Shown here piece by piece: positions 27,244 to 35,122 of a DNA stretch of 64,000 bases. This DNA comes from a bacterium (GTDB taxonomy: Bacteria; Patescibacteriota; Minisyncoccia; UBA6257; GWB1-50-10): positions 155,198 through 219,197 of the forward strand of contig JAJYXV010000015.1 in NCBI GenBank assembly GCA_021801565.1. The letters run 5' to 3'. The stretch's first letter is position 1; the number at the start of each line of letters is the position of its first letter. A program made the position numbers and the translations under genes. Below the pieces are notes generated by a model, which did not search any database, was not told the origin of the DNA, and worked only from the letters and a program-made list of their open reading frames with translations.

Positions 27244-28890
27244 ATGAAGAAAACATGTGAGCATTGTAAAAAGGAATTTTTCATTACCGACGGAGAGCTT
27301 GGAATGTACGAAAAACTCGAACTGGAACTTCCACGGCTTTGTTTCTTTTGTCGGGTAAGCTTACATTTTTCCGTGTGGCCATTCGGTAAATTTCGGAAGG
27401 CAAAATCCGATCTCTCCGGGGAAAATATGATTACTGTGCTTTCCGCACAGAAAAGATATCCGATATACACACTTCATGAGTGGCATAGTGATGCGTGGGA
27501 TGCGATGGAACATGCAAGGGATTATGATCCAACATGCCCATTTTTCGATCAAATGAAAGACCTTCAGGAGAAGGTGCCACGCCCCCATCAAGGTGCGGGA
27601 AACAGCACTGATTGTGATTGGTGCGATGACGTATGGAATTCAAAAAACTGTTATCTCTCCCGCTCAATGGAGGAATGTGAGGATTTGCATTATGCGTACC
27701 GCGTATTTCGCGGAAAAAATTCAATTGATCTTGTATTTTGTTTTGACTTGGATAATTGCTTTGATTGCACGTATTGTTTTAATTCATACAATCTTTTTTA
27801 TTCACAGAATTCCCGCGATTGTATGGATTCGTATTTTCTTTTTGATTGTAGAAATTGCACAAATTGTTTTATGTGTTGGAATTTACGCGGAAAATCATAC
27901 TGTATTGAGAATGTGCAATATACGAAAGAAGAATATACAGAAAAAATAAAATCGTTAAATCTTACCTCATTTCAATCCATTGAAAATTTTCGGAAGCGGT
28001 TTAAGGAGATGATGAAACGTGATGTAGTGCATCGAGAGAATTTCAATATTCGGGTAAATAATTCTGAAGGGGAACATCTTATGGATATGAACAATTCTCA
28101 TAATTGTTTTGGAATTCAATTTTCCGAGGAGTGTTACAACTGTGTGCGTGGACTTACCGATAAAACAAACATTGATGCAAATGGGTGTTGGTATGCCGAA
28201 TTTATGGGGAATTCAAGTTGTTGTGTGAATGCATATGCACTCAAATATTCTTCGTGGTCTTCTTCACGATTTTCCGAATATCTCGATATCTGTAACGAAT
28301 GTGAATATTGTTTTGGGTGTGTCGGATTGAAAAAGAAAAAATATTGCATTTTGAACAGGCAATATACGAAAGAGGAATATGAAAAACTTCGTGAAAAAAT
28401 AATCGTCGATATGAAATCGAGACGGGAATATGGACTTTTCTTCCCGTATTCGATGAGCCCGCACCCGTATAATTTTTCAACGAGCTATACCTACTTTCCC
28501 GAAAAAACGAAAGAGGAAATTCTTGCGCTCGGCGGATATTGGGAAGATATCGACGAAACACGTGTTGAGGGAATGCCGACGAGCGACTTACCCGACGACA
28601 TACGTGATGTTTCCGATTCTATTACAACACAGGCACTTATTTGTCCTATAACCGGATGGAGATTCAATATTGCGCAAAAAGAGCTTCAATTCTATAAACA
28701 AAAGGGAATTCCATTGCCACGCATACATTTTGATGTTCGCATAAAGGAACGGATGAAATATATGACCGTACTTACCCCACGAGAACACTCCTGTATATTT
28801 TGCAAAAAGAAGATGACTATCTATTACCCAGAAACATGGGGATATGAAAAAATTGCTTGTGCCGAATGCTATCAGAAAGAAGTGGCATAA
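27244..28890 (+). CDS. Cys-rich multi-zinc-ribbon protein, paralog 2
   Basis: Same architecture: CEHCKKEF...LCFFCR..., CTNCFMCWNLRGKSYCIEN, CEYCFGCVGLKKKKYCILNRQYTKEEYE, ELQFYKQKGIPLPR..., CIFC...CAECYQKE. Confidence 0.5.
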   Translation: MKKTCEHCKKEFFITDGELGMYEKLELELPRLCFFCRVSLHFSVWPFGKFRKAKSDLSGENMITVLSAQKRYPIYTLHEWHSDAWDAMEHARDYDPTCPFFDQMKDLQEKVPRPHQGAGNSTDCDWCDDVWNSKNCYLSRSMEECEDLHYAYRVFRGKNSIDLVFCFDLDNCFDCTYCFNSYNLFYSQNSRDCMDSYFLFDCRNCTNCFMCWNLRGKSYCIENVQYTKEEYTEKIKSLNLTSFQSIENFRKRFKEMMKRDVVHRENFNIRVNNSEGEHLMDMNNSHNCFGIQFSEECYNCVRGLTDKTNIDANGCWYAEFMGNSSCCVNAYALKYSSWSSSRFSEYLDICNECEYCFGCVGLKKKKYCILNRQYTKEEYEKLREKIIVDMKSRREYGLFFPYSMSPHPYNFSTSYTYFPEKTKEEILALGGYWEDIDETRVEGMPTSDLPDDIRDVSDSITTQALICPITGWRFNIAQKELQFYKQKGIPLPRIHFDVRIKERMKYMTVLTPREHSCIFCKKKMTIYYPETWGYEKIACAECYQKEVA

Positions 28891-28916
28891 TGGGGAAATT
28901 CTCCACTCTTATAATG

Positions 28917-29025
28917 AACCTCGTTAGGAGCTTGTATAAAATCTACCAAAACAAGTGTTTTCCTAAAAATTATGAATTTAGTTCTTAGTGAGATAAACTA
29001 CTGGGAATTTCGTTTCTAACGGGGT
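28917..29025. repeat. degenerate family-2 TIR element (AACCTCGTTAGGAG ... GTTTCTAACGGGGT)
   Basis: Right end matches the family-2 TIR ATTTCTAACGGGGT. Left end has 3 mismatches. Confidence 0.35.
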
Positions 29026-29039
29026 AAAATCAGAGATAT

Positions 29040-30944
29040 ATGGATTTAGAGTTAGATAAAGAAGTCGTCTATTTCGCAAAAACCGACTTTCGGAATTCGA
29101 AACGTCTTTTTGGTATAAAACGAAGCGATCGCAGACAACATATGTATGTTGTCGGAAAGACGGGTACTGGTAAAACTACATTATTGCACAATATGATGGT
29201 GCAGGATATTTCGAATGGAGAGGGTGTTTGTGTCATTGACCCTCACGGAGAATTTGTTGAGACACTTCTTCATAAGGTGCCAGAAAAGCGTGCGAAAGAT
29301 GTGGTCTATTTCAACCCAGCGGACCCAGATTCTTTTATTGGATTTAATGTACTTGAATTACCAGACCCACGATACAAACACCTTGTAGCATCGGGGCTTA
29401 TGGGAATTTTCACAAAAATTTGGTCAAACGTATGGTCCGCAAGAATGGAATATATTTTGAACAACGCAATTCTCGCACTTCTTGATACCCCGGGAACAAC
29501 TCTTTTAGGAGTGACACGTCTTTTAGTTGATAAAGAATATCGCCAGAAAGTTATTTCGAACGTAAAAGACCCTGTGGTAAAAGCATTTTGGATACATGAG
29601 TATGAAGAATGGCGCGATCAATTTAGAAATGAAGCAATTGCTCCTATCCAAAATAAGGTGGGTCAATTTCTTTCAACCGCGCTTGTGCGCAACATTGTTG
29701 GGCAATCGAAAAGTACCATTGATATTTTCGACTTAATGAATAGCGGGAAGATTTTTCTCGTGAATCTTTCAAAGGGAAGGATTGGGGAGGATAATTCCGC
29801 GTTACTTGGGGGAATGCTTATTACAAAAATGCAGTTGGCGGCAATGGAACGTGTGCGTATTCCCGAGGATGAACGCGTTGATTTTTTTCTTTATGTCGAC
29901 GAGTTTCAAAATTTTGCAACTGATTCATTTGCAAATATTCTCTCAGAAGCACGCAAGTATCGTTTAAATCTTATCCTTGCACATCAGTATATTGGACAGC
30001 TCGTCACTGATGTTTCTACGAAGGTGCGTGATGCAGTGTTTGGAAACGTAGGAACAATGGTGATGTTTCGCGTCGGCGCCGGAGATGCTGAATTTTTGGA
30101 AAAAGAATTTACTCCTGAGTTTGAAATTCAAGACATGGTAAATCTTCCCAATCGCTGTATTTATTTAAAACTTATGGTAGATGGAGTGACAAGTAGACCG
30201 TTTTCTGCTGGGACACTTCCTCCACTTCAAGGTCCTGAAGATTCTGCAGATGCCGAAGAGATCATTGAATCATCAAGGAAAAAATATGCCCGCCCACGTG
30301 CTATTGTGGAGCAAGAAATAAATAAGTGGAGTGGTATGTCGGAACAAACAACAGAAGCTCGCGCAGTACTTTGTTCACTTTGCGGAAAAGAAACAACAGT
30401 ACCATTTGAACCGGAAGAGGGAAGGCCGGTATATTGTCAGGATTGTTTGAAAAAAATTAAATCAGGCGAAGCGCGTCCGGTATCACTTCCTCAGATCAAT
30501 CCACAGAGAAGTTTGCAACAAAAAAGCAGGAAAGCGCTTGCGGCACTCGGTATTGAGTTTGATGATAAGGGAGGAGAAGAAATATTTGGAGCTGATGAAA
30601 AAGGCGGAAAAGAACAAAAAGGATCATTTACTGCGCGCGAACAAAAGTTATTCAGACCGCCGGCAAATACATACGGACAACAACCCGCTGATCCATCGAT
30701 AAAACGCCCTCCGCGCCAGCAAACTTCGCCACAATCAAAACCTTTTCAATCATCTCAGCCGTCTCGAGTTGAAAAACAACCAGAAGAAGAAAAAGAAGAA
30801 CCGACAATAAGATTAAGTGATGTGATTGCGCGGGGAAATATAAAACCAAAAGAAACAATCCAACCGAAGGAGGGGGATAATGTTTCCGGACTTAAAAATG
30901 CACTCGAGGAAGCCCTTAAAAATTTAAATAAGGAAGAAAAATAA
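29040..30944 (+). CDS. TraG/VirD4-like ATPase, paralog B, with C-terminal zinc ribbon and low-complexity tail
   Basis: GKTGTGKT Walker A, VIDPHGE, FLYVDEFQNF, ARKYRLNLILAHQYIGQL. C-terminal CSLCGK...YCQDCLKK, then a Q/P/K/E-rich disordered tail. Confidence 0.6.
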   Translation: MDLELDKEVVYFAKTDFRNSKRLFGIKRSDRRQHMYVVGKTGTGKTTLLHNMMVQDISNGEGVCVIDPHGEFVETLLHKVPEKRAKDVVYFNPADPDSFIGFNVLELPDPRYKHLVASGLMGIFTKIWSNVWSARMEYILNNAILALLDTPGTTLLGVTRLLVDKEYRQKVISNVKDPVVKAFWIHEYEEWRDQFRNEAIAPIQNKVGQFLSTALVRNIVGQSKSTIDIFDLMNSGKIFLVNLSKGRIGEDNSALLGGMLITKMQLAAMERVRIPEDERVDFFLYVDEFQNFATDSFANILSEARKYRLNLILAHQYIGQLVTDVSTKVRDAVFGNVGTMVMFRVGAGDAEFLEKEFTPEFEIQDMVNLPNRCIYLKLMVDGVTSRPFSAGTLPPLQGPEDSADAEEIIESSRKKYARPRAIVEQEINKWSGMSEQTTEARAVLCSLCGKETTVPFEPEEGRPVYCQDCLKKIKSGEARPVSLPQINPQRSLQQKSRKALAALGIEFDDKGGEEIFGADEKGGKEQKGSFTAREQKLFRPPANTYGQQPADPSIKRPPRQQTSPQSKPFQSSQPSRVEKQPEEEKEEPTIRLSDVIARGNIKPKETIQPKEGDNVSGLKNALEEALKNLNKEEK

Positions 30945-30979
30945 TTAAAAAATTCCCCGATATATGTCGAGGAATTTTT

Positions 30980-31561
30980 TTATGCTTTCTCAACCCGCTC
31001 AACATAATCTCCTGTCTGTGTGTTAATGCGGATAATATCTCCCTCGTTTACAAAGAGAGGAACATTCACTTTTGCTCCGGTTTCAATGGTGGCAAGTTTT
31101 GTGCCCCCCTGAGCGGTGTTCCCTTTAATTGCCGGAGGAGCTTCGGTTACCTTAAATTCCATTTTCACTGGGAGTTCAACATCAATCACTTTTTCACCGA
31201 ATTTAAATGCTTTGATTTCTGTATTAGGTTTCAGATATTGACCGCCGTTTCCTAATGCATCGTCAGAAAGTGTGAAACGATTTTTTGGATTACCGACCTC
31301 ATGAAACCAATATTCACCCTTGTTATGATAAATAAAATTTGCTTGTATTGTTTCAATTTCTACCTCATAGAAATCTTCATTTTGATGTGCGGTGTAATCC
31401 TGGCTCTTCCCCGTGATAAGGTTTTTTATCTTTAATTGCACCACAGGTTTTCTCTGTTGCATGCGAATAAACGCATATTCCATTACTTTGTATGGATTTG
31501 GGTCGTCGTTTTTGGTAAACACCGTACCGACTTTGAGTTCAATATATTCAAGTTTTGACAT
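30980..31561 (-). CDS. efp: elongation factor P
   Basis: KOW-like N-terminus and two OB domains. EF-P length and pattern (VGTVF...YKVMEY.F...). Confidence 0.75.
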   Translation of the reverse strand: MSKLEYIELKVGTVFTKNDDPNPYKVMEYAFIRMQQRKPVVQLKIKNLITGKSQDYTAHQNEDFYEVEIETIQANFIYHNKGEYWFHEVGNPKNRFTLSDDALGNGGQYLKPNTEIKAFKFGEKVIDVELPVKMEFKVTEAPPAIKGNTAQGGTKLATIETGAKVNVPLFVNEGDIIRINTQTGDYVERVEKA

Positions 31562-31696
31562 GGAAGTAGCAGATAACTAGTAACTCGTAATAAGTAACTA
31601 GTAATCAATTTTTACTGTTGTATTTTATTTGATTTTTTTGAAAAACGCAAGAAATAAAAGAAAAGGCGCCGATTTGATCGGCGCGCAGTATTAATT

Positions 31697-32026
31697 TTAT
31701 TGTGATAGCATTCCTCCGCAAAAGATGAATTTAAAAATTGCGGATAAAACAATTTTCAGACCTTTTGACACAAGTATTACCACCCATATTATAAGGAAGG
31801 CACTTAGTAATGCCGGCCAAAAAATTAATACGGGTATATAAAGAAACCCGTCAACGTTATTTTCCCCCTCTTTTTTTGGACTGAAGTCAAAAAACATGTT
31901 TGTTTTTGGATATTTTTTGCAATCCGCGTTCATTGCCGAAAACATTGCTGTTCCAGCGTTGAAATAGATTGTTAAAAAAACAATCCCTAATAAAACAAAC
32001 ATGTACCATGGTACGTATAGAAACAT
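31697..32026 (-). CDS. hypothetical membrane protein
   Basis: Three TM helices. Confidence 0.3.
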   Translation of the reverse strand: MFLYVPWYMFVLLGIVFLTIYFNAGTAMFSAMNADCKKYPKTNMFFDFSPKKEGENNVDGFLYIPVLIFWPALLSAFLIIWVVILVSKGLKIVLSAIFKFIFCGGMLSQ

Positions 32027-32094
32027 GATGACATCTCCTTTGATTATTGATAATTATCTAGTTACTGCTATAATTGTAGCATATTAACATATAG

Positions 32095-33288
32095 ATGTCA
32101 AGTAGTTCAAAAAAGCGGGTATTTGTAGGAATGAGCGGGGGAGTTGATAGCTCCGTCGCGGCGTTTTTATTGAAAAAAGAGGGATATGATATGACCGGAG
32201 TATATATTAATGGGTTCAATGTAGATGGATGTTCTGAGCGCGATGCAGAGGACGCGCGTCGTGTTGCTGATCACCTTGGAATCCCATTTTATGTGATTGA
32301 TGCTCGCGAAGACTATTTTGCATATGTGGTGCAATACATGATTGAAGGATACAAAAAAGGACTGACGCCGAATCCCGATGTGATGTGCAATAAGGAAATA
32401 AAATTTGGGATTTTTTTGGATAAAGCATTAAAACTTGGAGCGGATTACATCGCGACAGGACACTATGTAAGATTAGTAACCAGTAATCAGCAATCAGTAA
32501 ATAGTAAAAATTACGAGTTACCGATTACGAGTTACCGATTACTTTCTGCTAAAGACTTAAACAAGGATCAGTCCTATTTTCTCTGGACACTCACCCAAGA
32601 ACAGTTAAAACATTGTTTGTTTCCGGTTGGGGAATATACGAAGCCAGAGATTAGGGAAATTGCGAAAAAAGCAAAGTTGCCAACCGCAGAGAAAAAAGAT
32701 TCACAGGGAATTTGTTTTTTAGGGAAAGTAAAATTACCGGAATTTTTAAAAGAGTATATAAAATCAAAAAGAGGAGATGTGTTGGATACTGAGGGGAATA
32801 AAATCGGGGAACACGAAGGAGTACAATTTTATACCATCGGGCAGAGACACATTAACATACAACCTACAACAAAAAACAAAAAACAAAAAACAAATCAGAA
32901 GCCATATTATGTGGTAGAGAAAAATATAAAAACAAACGCACTCATCGTTGCGGAGGGGGATGATCATCCAACACTCTTCAAAAAAGAAATTAAATTAACT
33001 GATGTTCATTTTATCGACCCATCACTCGAAATTAGAAATTCGAAATTAGAAATTCCCGTGCTCGCACGGGTCAGGTATCGTCAGCCGCTTGTGAAAGCAA
33101 TGTTAGTAATTAGTAACAAGGAATCAGTAACTAGTAAAGATAGAAAATTACAAGTTACAAGTTACCATTTACTCTTTTCTGAACCCGTCAAATTTATTGC
33201 ACCTGGGCAATCCGCAGTTTTCTATTCGATTAGTGGAGATAAAGACGGAAACCATGAAATGCTAGGCGGAGGAGTGATTTTAAATTAG
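32095..33288 (+). CDS. mnmA: tRNA-specific 2-thiouridylase MnmA, carrying two in-frame AGTAA-rich insertions
   Basis: PP-loop VFVGMSGGVDSSVAA, IATGHYVR...NKDQSYFLW, RVRYRQPLVKA...PGQSAVFY. About 20-aa inserts at 32474-32542 and 33103-33172. Confidence 0.85.
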   Translation: MSSSSKKRVFVGMSGGVDSSVAAFLLKKEGYDMTGVYINGFNVDGCSERDAEDARRVADHLGIPFYVIDAREDYFAYVVQYMIEGYKKGLTPNPDVMCNKEIKFGIFLDKALKLGADYIATGHYVRLVTSNQQSVNSKNYELPITSYRLLSAKDLNKDQSYFLWTLTQEQLKHCLFPVGEYTKPEIREIAKKAKLPTAEKKDSQGICFLGKVKLPEFLKEYIKSKRGDVLDTEGNKIGEHEGVQFYTIGQRHINIQPTTKNKKQKTNQKPYYVVEKNIKTNALIVAEGDDHPTLFKKEIKLTDVHFIDPSLEIRNSKLEIPVLARVRYRQPLVKAMLVISNKESVTSKDRKLQVTSYHLLFSEPVKFIAPGQSAVFYSISGDKDGNHEMLGGGVILN

Positions 33289-33317
33289 TATTAAGTATAT
33301 AGTATCGGGTATTTAGT

Positions 33318-35102
33318 ATGGCTGAATCAGAGACAAAAATTTGCCAAAACTGTAAGCAAGACTTCGTTATTGAGCCCGAGGATTTTGATTTCTACAAAAA
33401 AATGGAGGTGCCACCTCCAACCTGGTGTCCGGAGTGTCGGCTTTGGCGAAAAGCACTATGGCGAAATGAGAGATTTTTGTATCGTGCAAAAGATGCGCAT
33501 GATGGCAAGGAGATATTTTCAATGTATTCCCCGATGTTACCCGTTACTGTTTTTGAGAAAGAATTTTGGAATTCCGATGACTGGGATCAGCTTGAGACAG
33601 GAAGGAACTATGACTTTTCAAAACCATTTTTTTTACAACTCAAGACACTTCTTGATGTTGCACCTATTTTCAGTCGTTCAATTGTGAGTCTTGTGAGAAG
33701 CGACTATTCAAATAATGCGACCGCACTCAAAGATTGTTATCTGGTATTTGGAAGCTCTTATACAGAAAATAGTTTTTATTCGGAAAATTGTGGGCACACC
33801 AAAGAAGCAATAGATAGTTCTTTTGTGCATGGAAGCGAGATTTCATATGAAAGTTTTTTTAATATACGTTGTTATAGAGCATTTTTTTCTTCATATTGTG
33901 AAGAAAGTTCTGATATCTGGTTTTGTAGAGATTGTATTGGCGTGTCCAGCTGTTTTGGCTGTATTGGACTAAAGAATAAATCATATTGTATTTTTAACGA
34001 ACAATACTCAAAGGAGGAATATGAAAAACAAATTCACGGAATGCATTTGTCGAGTTATCACTCTCTTTCTAGATTAAAAGAAGAAGTACATTCGCGGTGG
34101 CTTGCATTTCCATCGCGTTTTGTTCGTGGAAGGAAAAATGAACATTCTACTGGGGAGTACATTTCAAATTCAAAAAATGTTCGTAAAAGTTATTATATGG
34201 TGGGGGGAGAAGATATGAAATATTGTCAATTTGTTATTATTCCGCCGGCAAAAGATGCATATGATCAATTCCGTTTCGGAGACAATACCAGCATGGTGTA
34301 TGATTGTCTGAGTGTTGGCGGACATTCTACAAATATAAAATTTTGCTCAAATAGCTATACAAATTGTAGTAATCTTCAGTATTGTTATGGAGTTATATCT
34401 TCAAGTGACTGTTTTGGATGTGTCGGGCTCCACCACAAGAAATTCTGTATCTTAAATAAGCAGTATTCTGAAGAAGAATATAAGGTCATTATTCCAAAAA
34501 TTATTCGCCACATGAATGAGGTTCCATACATAGATAAAAAGGGGAGAGTATACAAATATGGAGAATTCTTTCCACCTGAGTTTTCCCAAACTCCGTATAA
34601 TCACTCAGTTGCGCAGGAATATTTTCCTATGAATAAAGAAACGGTTTTGAGTGGTGGAAATATCTGGATGGACGCAGAAAAAAGAGAATATAAGGCAACG
34701 CTAGGGGTGGGCGATCTTCCGGATGCAATTGAAGAAGTCTCAGATTCTATAGTGAAAGAAATTATAGCATGTCCTCATGCCCAGAATTGTAATGAAGAAT
34801 GTACTGCAGCTTTTAGAATCTTGCCAGAAGAATTGGCATTTTACCGGAAAGTTGGCATTCCACTTCCAAGACTTTGTTCGAATTGTCGCTATGCAGAAAG
34901 AATAAAACAACGAAGTTCTTTAAAACTTTGGCGTCGCACATGCCAATGTGCTGGTACTAAATCTGAAAATGGAATTTATACTAACATTGCGGTTCATCAA
35001 CATGGGAATACTCCCTGTCCCAACACGTTTGAGACATCATATTCCCCAGAGAGAAAAGAGATTGTTTACTGTGAACAGTGTTATCAGGCGGAGGTGGTAT
35101 AA
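33318..35102 (+). CDS. Cys-rich multi-zinc-ribbon protein, paralog 3
   Basis: MAESETKICQNCKQDFVIEPEDFDFYKKMEVPPPTWCPECRLWRK..., CSSCFGCIGLKNKSYCIFNEQYSKEEYE, DCFGCVGLHHKKFCILNKQYSEEEYK, ELAFYRKVGIPLPR..., YCEQCYQAEVV. Confidence 0.5.
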   Translation: MAESETKICQNCKQDFVIEPEDFDFYKKMEVPPPTWCPECRLWRKALWRNERFLYRAKDAHDGKEIFSMYSPMLPVTVFEKEFWNSDDWDQLETGRNYDFSKPFFLQLKTLLDVAPIFSRSIVSLVRSDYSNNATALKDCYLVFGSSYTENSFYSENCGHTKEAIDSSFVHGSEISYESFFNIRCYRAFFSSYCEESSDIWFCRDCIGVSSCFGCIGLKNKSYCIFNEQYSKEEYEKQIHGMHLSSYHSLSRLKEEVHSRWLAFPSRFVRGRKNEHSTGEYISNSKNVRKSYYMVGGEDMKYCQFVIIPPAKDAYDQFRFGDNTSMVYDCLSVGGHSTNIKFCSNSYTNCSNLQYCYGVISSSDCFGCVGLHHKKFCILNKQYSEEEYKVIIPKIIRHMNEVPYIDKKGRVYKYGEFFPPEFSQTPYNHSVAQEYFPMNKETVLSGGNIWMDAEKREYKATLGVGDLPDAIEEVSDSIVKEIIACPHAQNCNEECTAAFRILPEELAFYRKVGIPLPRLCSNCRYAERIKQRSSLKLWRRTCQCAGTKSENGIYTNIAVHQHGNTPCPNTFETSYSPERKEIVYCEQCYQAEVV

Positions 35103-35122
35103 AAAAGTATATAGTAGTAAGT

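Noticed and set aside
35078-35122. Upstream start (MLSGGGGIKKYIVVSM...) for Cys-rich paralog 4 as given in the ORF track
   Set aside because: The ATG at 35123 begins the ~97-nt block that is near-identical to the start of paralog 3 (MAESETKICQNC...). The 45 nt upstream are the shared GTAT-ATAGTA leader, not coding.
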